DNA of 58,300 nucleotides from Catajapyx aquilonaris (taxonomy: Eukaryota), in NCBI GenBank assembly GCA_000934665.2, contig KZ537977.1, forward strand, positions 124,001 through 182,300, written 5' to 3'. The notes below the pieces were generated by a model, which was given only the letters and a program-made list of their open reading frames with translations, did no database searches and had not been told where the DNA came from. Positions 26,155-37,015 of the stretch are shown piece by piece (position 1 is the stretch's first letter; every line of letters starts with the position of its first letter). The translations under genes and the position numbers were made by a program.

Positions 26155-26338
26155 AAAAAAGTTTGAGTGGTAGACACTGATGAAAGGAGGATCTTTTTTC
26201 TCCTTATTCATTATCGGAATCGGAAAAAAAAGTTTAAAAATAAGTTTATGAGTGGTAGAGACCTGATGAAAAGAGGCAAGGATCATGTTTCTCCTTATTC
26301 ATTATTGGACTCGAAAAAAAAGTTTAAATATAAGTTTT
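26155..26338. repeat. Diverged tandem duplication of about 85 bp in PINK1 intron 2
   Basis: TGAGTGGTAGA..CTGATGAAA..GGATC..TTTCTCCTTATTCATTAT..AAAAAAAGTTTAAA.ATAAGTTT occurs twice head to tail. Confidence 0.75.
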
Positions 26339-26504
26339 GCTCCAGCATGACCTCATTGCCCTGCATGTGAGAGTAACAAGAATGTTGCCATCTCATTAGC
26401 CAGAAAGCATCTCATTATGCTATTTTATTCCAGATACGCAACTTTTTTTTTTTGCCTTTCTGAGCAGGGAGCACCGTTTCATTTTTGTTTGCCCTTCATT
26501 CCAG

Positions 26505-26771
26505 CGCCTCTCTGCAGAAATGGCGTCGACAGTGTGTCAGTTGTTCTTGTGGGCCCCATCTGCCTGGCTGCATGGTGGGTGGGATCGCATCCCATCGGCC
26601 GGAGAGGTTCTGCAGTGGCTTCTCTGCCTCACCACCAAGACTCTCTGTGAAGGAGCCTTTCCTAGGAAGTCCCAGACGCAGCTGGAATACAGGCTGGTGG
26701 CCACCTTCCTGAAGAGAGCCAGGCTTAGCACTGTCATGGAGGCTCTCAGGTGGATGCATCGCAGAGAGTAA
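26505..26771 (+). CDS. PINK1: PINK1 exon 3 (end of kinase and C-terminal extension)
   Basis: Acceptor CCCTTCATTCCAG ending 26504; RLSAEMASTVCQLFLWAPSAW...EVLQWLLCLTTKTLCE...EYRLVATFLKR..., TAA at 26769-26771. Spliced CDS 366+1074+267=1707 nt, 568 aa. Confidence 0.93.
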   Translation, partial: RLSAEMASTVCQLFLWAPSAWLHGGWDRIPSAGEVLQWLLCLTTKTLCEGAFPRKSQTQLEYRLVATFLKRARLSTVMEALRWMHRRE

Positions 26772-26915
26772 ATTTAATGAGTCATTTACAAGGCAGGGAA
26801 TGTACAGTTTGTTGGGGGTAATCCAGAGCTTTAATTTGGGATAGTGGGATGGTATATCAAGTTAATCTCCCATTTCACATAGTGTACATTTAAAAAATGA
26901 ACACTAGGAGGAACA

Positions 26916-26960
26916 AATAAATAATAGATGTACACTAATGTATTGGTTATGTTCAATAAA
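26916..26960 (+). promoter_or_regulatory. PINK1 candidate polyadenylation signals
   Basis: AATAAA at 26916-26921 and 26955-26960, followed by a GT-rich stretch. Confidence 0.5.
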
Positions 26961-29912
26961 TATTTACCTGAACCTCTATCCGTTGTGTAGTGAATGCAAT
27001 GAAAGTAGGCTGTTCTCTTTGTAGGCTGGGCAGCTCTGATGGATAGTCTAACTACTTACAGGTATGTCGTATTATTGCACACAATGGAGGGTTTATCATT
27101 CTGTGGGACGAGCCACTAGGCTTGTCATCGCAGGTTATTAAACGATGAAAACGATAGGGACTCTCCTAAATGCCCATCCTTTGGGCTCAGCATAAAAATT
27201 TTATTTTATGAATTAATGATGTACTTATGGAGACTGAAGTCCTGCTAACACACCAAATTTTCACAGCATTGTTTATGGTCAAACTTTAATTAGCATGAAT
27301 AATCAGGAGTGCAGTGTAGTATATTAATATATGTTTTAGCACATGTGTAATTTAATAAGAGCAAATATTTCCTTGCCAAAAAGTTAGTGGCCTGATCATC
27401 CTGTCAACATATTCAGTCAATTATTTGGACGTGAGTAGCATGTTCCCCTGCAGTATATTGTATATATGTAGTGAAAGTATAGGATTTGTAATCTGCGATT
27501 CGAGCCAAGAAATCCGATCACTTAAATTTCCCCCCCTTCCTGTCATTCTATAAACGAGCCTGCGGGTCGGAAGCCGCAAGATGTGGGTTGGACAAAAGAC
27601 TTCCTTAGATTCAAAGGACTTTTCCTTTTAATACATCCCATATTCTGAAGGGAAAGAAATGTTTGCATACTAATGAAACTTTCCCGCCCTATATCAAAGA
27701 GATGAAAAGATCACAAGCTTTTTTTCTCCAGTCGCTATACAGTCACATTCGATTGCTTCAGCTACTAATGAAACATAAACTTCTTTTTTTCCTGCAGTTT
27801 GTCTCCCGCACTCCCACATTAATTGACCGCAACTTATTTAATTTGTAATTTATGTGCCAACTATTTAATGTTCAACTTGCTTCCATCCTGAGTGCCCATT
27901 TGACTTTCACATAGGAATTTGCTGCGTAGGAGGGTCCATTTCCGAGTCATCCTCCAGGTTCTTTATGCGTCCGGAAATGAGTCTGTCCCATCTGAAAATG
28001 GGTATCTGAGCTTGGTTTCTATCCATAAAAAGATATAATGGAACCCAGGATATTCCAATCGAGCCCAATTCAATTTGACGTTACCCAGAAGCAAGAAAAG
28101 GCGCAATTAGGACGCAACAACAAATGGGGCCTCGCAACTGAAGCCCGTGGATTTGTTAAGGCGACGGAGGTGACCATCAGTCACTCTCCAGAAGGGGGCA
28201 CCGGGAGTAACGGCTAATGAGGCGCCGTAACCCGACGCCGATCCAAGTGGAAAAATCTGGGAAGGCATTTGTCACCTAGGCATGGAAAAACCGTGCTAGG
28301 ACTGTGCAATTAGTGGCAGTGATTAGTGGCTTTGCTAGTGGCGGCGCCTAAAAAAAACAAAGCCAATCTTGACCTAGAAAACGAGGCTTTTGTGAGTGTG
28401 GTTGGCGGTTATTAAACCTGTCAATCGTGAGACTTTGATTGACTGTATCAGGAGACGCCACACACCATGCAGGCCTATATGAAGGTGTCAATAAACCCAC
28501 TCAACGCTTCGCTGCAAATCTCCGAGGGACAGGCATCATCCAGAGGCTATTGTCCGGCAAGTCTTGGTCAGTTTAAAATTTATTTTCATTTTAAAAATAT
28601 TGTACGTCGTATGTCCACTCAATCGATACCCGCGAAAATGGACAGCGCGTGACAATCCATACCGCGTTTCAAAAAAGGATCGTTGTATGCACACCGACCA
28701 CTCTTCAAGATAAAACGAGACTGGACCGGCTGAAAATCACAATTCATATCGTTAAACGGAATATTATGTGGACACGTGCGTTCGACACCTAATGGCCGGG
28801 TAAAAAAAAAAAAAAAAACAGAGAGTGCGGGGGATGTTGAAGTGCTTATGCTTTGTGGAATTTATGGACCCATTTCATTAGCAGAATGGCCATGTTAACG
28901 GGTGTTTGGCCTAAGTGCGGTTTGGTCCAGCAGAGAACCTGATGAATACAAAGTATACCCAGCACAATAGCATAACTTACCTGCGATTTTATGTTAATAT
29001 CATAATGTAAAAAAAATTAAGAAAATGTCATAACTTGTTTGGACGATATTAAAATATTATAGCACCTGTTTCTGAGCATGTGAGACTAACCCAGGATGAA
29101 AGGTGCTTTAGAGAGTGACCACACCATCGCTCTTGACCATTAGGCCAAAAACCGCTGGAATTAACACTGGCCACAGCACTTGCTTGGCTCTTGCAGACAA
29201 TTAATTAATTGATCTCGAATGTGATGCCTGGTGGCGGCATCGGACGGCATTAATGCACCTTTTTAATGAGCTCCTTCGAGCGTCCAGGGACCCAGCTCGT
29301 ATCTTGCCAGAACCTGGTAATTAAATATTCTTCCGATGGGAACGCAACCGAGTCCAAATTTATCGGATGAGAAGGCGGCTGGAGGTATATGCCAAAATAA
29401 TTTGTTAAAAAACAGAGAAAAAGTTTCCATGGAGCATATTTGAAAAGGCAGTTGGTTCGTTTTAAATTATTCCGGCGCAAAAAGAGCCATTCGAACTATT
29501 TTCTAGCCGGACCATGCAGGTTTAATGGGCGGGCTATGCGGCTGTAGATGTGTGGCTAGAGACTCGGATTTATAATTCACTTGGTCCAATTAGCTTAGTC
29601 CAGTGTGGAAATCGAAACTTGGCCCGCCTCTGGGGAGGTTTTGCTTTGGTTTATTGAAGAAGATTCTTAGTGTTCACTTTGTACACTCTTGACCTGCTGC
29701 TGGACACTAATTGCGGGCTTGCTTGTTATGCCTGAATTATTTTTTATGCAAAAAGGTATACCCGTCCACTTGGGTCACTTTCCATGCTTGCATGATGCAA
29801 CCCAAATTTCAAATGATGAACATAATTACTGTGGTGTCATATAGGACATCAGACATATTTGGGTTACAACAGAATAAGAAGGTCTGGCTGGTGAGTCGTA
29901 ATGCGAACACCT

Positions 29913-29918
29913 TTTATT
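29913..29918 (-). promoter_or_regulatory. Candidate polyadenylation signal of AstCCC
   Basis: AATAAA on the minus strand about 530 nt after the stop codon. Confidence 0.3.
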
Positions 29919-30445
29919 TAATATTTCACAGAAGAATATTTATATAATAGTGTAGTAATAATACTGATACTTATTCATTACACATTTTTCCTGTGAGGTA
30001 AAACGGTTGCCTAATGTTGGGATGTACAGGTAGAGTCACATTTCGTTAAAGATTTAATGCGCAAAAAGTTCCGTACGTAGTTAGTTACTATACTTTTCAA
30101 AATAGTTTACATCGAAAAAAGGTTTTGACAACCATCCTCACATACAGTTTTTTTTATCTAACGAACTTAGAATAGGACGAATCTCGGAAAGGGCCAGATG
30201 TAGTAATACTTACAATTTTACGAACAAGATCAGGGTTTTAAAATAACAGGTGAAGCGAAAAAAGCATCCGAGCAGAGAGAAGGAGGAGTTGTAACTTTTT
30301 TTCACTCTAAATAAATATGGGGGTGCAAATGGACATTAGGATTTGACTGAAAAAATTTGTGGGTTAAAAGGAGGGTAATTGCGAGAGTGGCTCCTCCACC
30401 TGCGTCTGCTGGAAGTAGTAGCGAGGGACAGAATGATGTCGACGC

Positions 30446-30610
30446 TCATTTTCCGAAGCATGAAACAGCGTTGAAAGCGCATTGCTTCCAGTAGCTGCGC
30501 TTCCGCTCCATATCCGTCACCACGTCCTGATCCCTGAGCCGCTTCAAGAAGGCCTTCAGCAGAGGGTAGTTCATCTGGTAGTTATCAACCGCGTCCTCGT
30601 CATCAGCCAG
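30446..30610 (-). CDS. AstCCC: Allatostatin CCC precursor, last coding exon (mature SYWKQCAFNAVSCF-amide at 30496-30455)
   Basis: Minus-strand acceptor ATAATTTCAG then LADDEDAVDNYQMNYPLLKAFLKRLRDQDVVTDMERKR-SYWKQCAFNAVSCF-GK*. Exact match to the known arthropod peptide SYWKQCAFNAVSCFamide, with RKR cleavage site and GK amidation signal. Not in the ORF track. Confidence 0.97.
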   Translation of the reverse strand: MADDEDAVDNYQMNYPLLKAFLKRLRDQDVVTDMERKRSYWKQCAFNAVSCFGK

Positions 30611-33600
30611 CTGAAATTATGGCCCCCATGAAACTTTTTTTTCAAACCAGCAAATGCACATTTTGTCCCAAACAATGTACATATAGTGAAGCGTTGACTT
30701 TTTATTTTTTTATTTTTAGTTTTTAGCCATAGGACGGTCAACATCATCATGCCCACACTATTGGCATTGCAATTGGAGCCATGCGGTCCAGGAAGACAAA
30801 AGGCTAATTTGCGTGGCGTAGGTGCAAAGCGACGGGCCAAATATGTGGGCTTGTTTGCTGTAAGCCTGCAGCGACTATCACATCACTGTCGGCGTCATTT
30901 TACTCGGGGAAGGCTGTGCGTCGGTGGTGTACTGCCCGTGAATGTTTAAGAGACATACTATAGTTCGTCCAACCATCCACCAGAGGCGCTGCATTCCCCC
31001 AATGCGCAGGCGCAGAACGGGGGCCAATCGGAAGCGTCTCGAAAACAATATGCGGCGGGCCAATCGGAAGCCTCGGCCATACAACGAAGGATTATAATAA
31101 GAGAATAATTATATATGTATTCTGTATTGTATATTTGTTTGCTCCAGAAACCAAGATGAATGAAATCTAACTGGTTTTTCTGGGGAAAACAATTTATTAA
31201 GGGCAATGCACTACTGTACATGAAATACGTGATTCGACTAGTGTGAAGTGTTTCTTTGAAACTAAATAGAGCATAAATTGTCGATAATCACATTGAAACT
31301 GTTTTCAAATCCAGTTGGAATGATAAAACTGGCGGCGGCTTGTTTTTCAGTGCTGTACTAAAATATACATGGGCTATGACCTGAACAAACACAAAAAGTA
31401 ACGCGACTGTTTTCATTATTTGGCTAATTATGGGCTTTTTGAGGGCAAAACAATGTTAAACCAAGCAACAGGTAATTTTTTTGTCATCCATGTAAGCGGA
31501 CTCTTTCAACTTCCCGAGGCTTAGCAAATATTTAATTGTATTTACATATGATTTGGCGAACACAGGTAACCACATGGGAAGGGAGTGGGCTGCTAGCAAA
31601 TTTAAAAAATGCCAGTACAATAAATTGAACACTAATAATGCTGTTTACAAAGTTATCAAAAGAGCATAATCACACTAATGTGCACTAGGCGCACATGCTA
31701 TAAATAATACTGTAGTTGAGTTTGGAGGTCTGCTAATTGTAGTCCCAAGTCGTTAAGCCAGAGATACCAAACTTTGCATTCCGAATTCTTGCAAGATTTA
31801 TCTCCAGTTCTACCAAGGTTCCAACCCGATTCTATTACATAAATTCTACAGCACTTTCTTTCGACTTAGAGGACGCAACATCGGAGTTTGTTTTGCTATT
31901 TGCCAAGGGTCAATTTAAAGTGATCTGAAGGTCTGTCCTAAACTAAGTTGTTGTGCACTCTTGAACTTGATTAACAAATTCTTGCTTTGTAGGTCAGCCT
32001 AAATATTGAAGCGCCTTTCCGTCTCCTTTTTATTGCCAAAACTTCCGGGGTTAGACGAAGAGAAACCTTCTTTTTTTCCACCACATTTCGTGCCCAATGT
32101 ATCACAAGAATGACTTTTTGAGGGTCATCAGCAGCTGGGGTTTGGCATTCCATGTCCCTCCGGGTGACAGATCCATGTTGGAGCTAATATTTCATCCACT
32201 TCTGCTGCCACTAATTGCGTTACTTTCCACCCAGTCTTTCCAATTTGTTGCTCACTAGGTACGGATTTCCCTAGCGAATCAACCCGGCATGTCGTTCAAA
32301 ATTAGGTTACTTACGCCTGCTCTCTTTTTGTATTGTCCTATTCTGATTATTCTGCAGTCATACGTACTGCACATAGACGCAATAAGAACCAGTCATCCAA
32401 CTGGCGATTCCATTTACACCGGATCATCTCGTTTGAGCTTTCCAACCATGTCAGTCGCACGTGTTGTTAGAAAAGCTATTACTGGAGAGAAAAAAAAGGT
32501 TTGGCAATATTGGCGTATCTCAATTAGCCAAAGACGTGCCACGTTTTGTTGCGGTTGACGAATACAGATTAACGCTAATCTATCGGGATAAAACTTTACT
32601 TGGCTTAGCTGGCCTGAGGTGAAACTAAATGAAATGTCTTTTCAGAAACTTTGCAACCGAGAAGAGTTTCTCTCCAAGGAGAGGTGTATAAGACGAATGT
32701 TTACTTTGTTTTTAAAGGGGGCCCAGGGAAGTAACGCTCGATTGATACAAAGAGTCCTTGTAACAACAACCACTGGGAAAAAAGGAACTGAATTCAAAGA
32801 CTCCTACAGTGTATGCAACGCTTAATATTCAGATCCGACATTTTTAATGCGGGTCGATAAATCGTGTGGAAACATTGGAAGATAAACTTTTGCTTTCGTA
32901 ACTTACGAAACCAAAAGTTTTTCTTTCAGTGTGAAACCTGAGTAGATATTTAAAAACCTTTCGTAATTATGCAGTGGGAATGAAACTGCGCTTTACAGAT
33001 GGTGCTATATAACTTCTATGCTTTATCATAAAAAAAGGTCGTCATTTTTTTTTTGAGAATTTATTTTGCCCTGAAGAAGGAACGACCGGTGTGAAAAATG
33101 TTTCTTTTTTGTATGCTGCTTGGAGATTTCGATTCGAATTTAACAGGCAGTTAAGCAGCAGTCGGCAGGCGTCCATGAGAGTATGTGACAAGAGTCGGCA
33201 ACTTGCCATTTATCGTCCTGCTTGAGGCATGTCGGCACAGTGTCAACGTCACATGTTAAACGAGTCTTTTGTCAGCCATAAACAAAGTGTTGTAATAAAA
33301 AAAAACTGGCATACAGAGTACAGTAATGTTTTCGCATTCCTAAATCCATCGGCTGGAGAGGGCTTTTGTGCTGCAAATGTGCCATCAATCTGGACAGTTT
33401 TGATATCAAAACGTTGGTACATACTGTGTCATTATGGCTCATAAATATTTATAGGTATAAAACAAAAGGACGTAGTTTTGGATTTTAATGGCCGATTTAT
33501 TAAGTGGATAAGAAATTTAATGAACAGTTAAGGCGACTTGCAAATTGCTTTGGTATCTAGCGAGTGTATTTGTGCTCAAATATATATGCAAGCTGATACG

Positions 33601-35441
33601 AGCATAAAATAGAAGCATAAACGGATAACATATTGGGACCATATGTACGTGGCATTTACACCACAATGAAAAATTTCGATCTCGCGAGTTGTCTTGATTT
33701 TCTTCGATCACGCAGAAATTCTTCTCTCATGCAGGATGGAGTAAGTGACGCTGAAGTAACATTTGCACTTGATTGATCGGGGGAATTTGGACCTAGATCA
33801 AATCCAAGTTCAACTGATTTATGAGGAGTTGAGGTCTCTCAGGCTTCGTTTCTCGTGGGTTTTTCCATCCAACTTACCCACCCCGGGGGAGAAAACCCAA
33901 ATGGCCGCATTGCGACACTTGAAATGCCGATTTGCCCTCCCAGTAACTCATTGTGGACACGGGCGTTACAAAAAAAAGGGGGTCATGTCCTGTACATGAT
34001 GTACAATATGCAAAGGTACCGTATATTACAGTAATGCCAGTTTGAGAGTAATCATGCCCAGAGATAGTATATCAGCAATAAAGGTCTGCGTTGGATATTC
34101 AATCAGTCCCTTTTTTTTACATCTAAATGCACTTGTACAGTGGCCGAGCTATAAATGAATTATTAATAATAGCACATTCCAGATGAGAATTCATAACCGG
34201 ATTCAGGGCAGTACGCTGTGAGAATTTACAACTTTCCTGTAGCCAGTCACGCGCGGAATCACTGTAACTGTATCTGCATCATAAGCGTGAATAACCCCAT
34301 CATATCACCATATAGAGTAATAGAGTTGGCAATACTTGCACTTGGTTTATACTGTATTATGGATTGAAGAGACTTGATTACTCGCCTCTCGAACAGTTTC
34401 CATTGGTTGCCTGTTAAATAGGATCGTGGGTAATCAAGAGCAACACTCCGGATGGATAGTTAATAAGGATATATTCATTGTAGGGCCCTTTACAAAGGTA
34501 TTTGCCAAGTTCATATAGGCCTAACTGAGATCATTCATCCAATTTTTAAATCCGCTTTCGATAAAAAAAATGAAGCACGTGAACCAAATTCCTGGAATAT
34601 TGTACTACCACAATAGCCTTTGTCTGTCTGTCTGTGTCTTTCCGAACAAACTTGCCACGCAAAGGTTACAATGCAACCAACACACACCCTCGTGCACTAA
34701 TCCCTTTTGTTGCATCCTCTGGGAACTAATCTGTTGGCAACATCGCTTTGTTGGCAGTATTATGTGGCAGAATTCCTATAATTCACTTTGATAGCGAGGT
34801 CCATTATTGCTCATTTCACATGTATACATCAAGAAGTGATATTTTTTAAAAGTTAATTACAAATTAATATTAATCATCCATATTATTCCAAACGTGACAC
34901 TCATACCATAATTATGTGTATTGGTTCGTGGTTTCGTGGCTTCCATCAGAAAGTATCGATCATCACTTGCGGGACATAAAAAATTAAATCGCTCTTTCCG
35001 TGGGATGACATGTATAAACTTCGTTTCCCAGCAAGCGTTATAAAAATTAATTTCGGCGCTTCCGCATGAAATAGTCCCGGAAAAAATCATTAAAAATCGT
35101 ACTAGCGTAACCGACGCTAATTGTTATTCATTAACAATAACATTTCTCCCCACACGCACACGAACGAAAAAAAATATGCCAATAATACGTATGCTTTGCA
35201 TATGGGGAAAATCTGGCATAAACATAATGCTCATTTCGCGTAATTCCGTACATTCGACTAGATTTTTTTAAGGCGGACTTTTTCTCCTGGAATAATTGCC
35301 AACACCGAGTCTAATTACGTTTATCTGAAGCTGTTCAGCCAATTTCATTCCTTACAAATTTTAGCGGAAAAAATACAACAGTATTTTGCATACATATTTT
35401 AACAAAAAAAATATTCATAAGATTGGACATCCACTACTTAC

Positions 35442-35567
35442 GACACGCGGGTAGCGACGTCTCTCCTCCTCCGAATTCGGGATGGTCAAAGAGTTGACAA
35501 CGTTGACAAACACGGCTGCAGCCACCAGCAGGAGCAGCAGAGTCCGACAAGTCGAAGACAGATGCAT
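35442..35567 (-). CDS. AstCCC: Allatostatin CCC precursor, first coding exon (signal peptide)
   Basis: ACAATG start; MHLSSTCRTLLLLLVAAAVFVNVVNS-LTIPNSEEERRRYPRV followed by a perfect GTAAGT donor in phase 0, matching the phase-0 acceptor at 30611; joined precursor 96 aa. Confidence 0.85.
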
Positions 35568-36881
35568 TGTGGATTGAAGAAGGGTTTGCAGACTCTGGGA
35601 GGGATCTTGAGTGCTGGACCAATGAAAGAATGTTCATATATAGATAGTCACATTGTCATTGATTAATAATAATTTAAAGTCAGGTATCCCGCACGCCCTT
35701 TTTAAACTCGAGGCAGTTATACCTGCGAATTAAGCCCTGGATTATGATCCACAGCAAGAGGGCTTTGCCTTAAAGGCCCTCCATTTTCTAAAGTGATGTT
35801 AATTAACCGGCATGGTCCCAGTCTCGCCTTTTGAGAGAGAAAAAAAACTACATTTGCAACCGACCAAAGTGGCGCCTCGTTTCTTCTTAAGAAAGTTGGG
35901 AAATTACACGTGGCACCATTTATATTCCGGAAATAAAAACACCGGCCTATAGTAAAAGCACAAAACTCCGGCCCTTATTTATTGAAACCGCCCTGTTAAA
36001 ACGTGTCCACAAAAGTAAAGTGTTTGCTCCATTTGGAGGACATGTGGGTGGAATCGAATTTCCCGAGAGGATCAGACAGATCTGCGTAATGTGATTTGAA
36101 TGTGTGCCGGCCACCACTTCCAATAAGGAAAATTCCCAATGCTCCACAGGATTTCTTACATCTTCTCTGGACCGATAGTTACACCAACTTTAAACTTTCC
36201 TGGAAGGACCCGGGACTATATGTCGTATTTCCTCTGTCAATATAGCGGAAGCCTTTCTAAACACTGCTGACCTGTAATTAAACCCTCGCCTGAATAGTTT
36301 ATGGTGCACCTAAGGCAACATGGGCAAAAGTTTTTTTTTATGGTTGATTGTTTGACGTCATGTGTTTTGATGCGTGTGCTGCTTCAAATTTTTAAGGGCG
36401 TATTCCCCATGGATAAAATCAGATTTGCTACCGGTTTTTGTCATTCTGACAGCCACTGGCAGTTATAAATTGAATCATTTCGTCTCATTACTCTATCGCA
36501 AACAAAACATGCACACCTGCGACATATCCTAATCATTTAATTATCTCAAAGTAAACACTGCAATTTCGCGATTGAACCTTTGAAAAATGGTGTGTAACAT
36601 AGGATTGACTGACCAGTTATTTTTGCTTCATGCTCTGTACGTTAATTAGCACATTGTTCAAGCGCATAAAAACGGCCCTATATGCTGTTGGGATTACCTC
36701 CCGCATTTTGGTGCCGAGAAAAAAGTGCCCTGTAGGGAGCTAAAAAATTGAATTCATGGCCTATTTGTTCTGTGCAAAAATTTCAGTATCTCTATGACGC
36801 TCGACAATTGGACCCGCATTTAATCAACCGTACGTTTTGCAACCAAATTAATCTAATTTTTTGGTACCAATGAGAGCTTAC

Positions 36882-37015
36882 CTGTTTACAGCTGCGAAGG
36901 TGCCGCAATGAGGGCCAACTGTTTCAACCTTATGGTATAAATACGAAAAGAGTGGGCGCGCTTTTAGGACAGACAAGACCACGAGGATGTAACGTCACGA
37001 TGCTTTCGACCAATA
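36882..37015 (-). promoter_or_regulatory. Putative AstCCC core promoter and short non-coding exon 1
   Basis: Reading toward the gene: CCAAT (about 37010, on + strand), half-CRE TGACG (about 36997-36993), TATTTATA (36943-36936), Inr-like TCATTG (36911-36906), donor CAG|GTAAG at 36882/36881; matching acceptor TTCTTTCATTGGTCCAG ends at 35614, leaving 46 nt of leader before the ATG. Confidence 0.5.

Noticed and set aside
26177..26320. CTGATGA...GAAA in the tandem repeat resembling a hammerhead ribozyme core
   Set aside because: No stem II closing directly onto GAAA and no convincing stem III or cleavage triplet. The same applies to CTGAAGA near 33071.
35807..35821. CCGGCATGGTCCCAG matches the start of the HDV genomic ribozyme
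   Set aside because: The complementary P1 strand (GCCGG) and the closing TGGGAC are absent downstream, so the pseudoknot cannot form; treated as coincidence.
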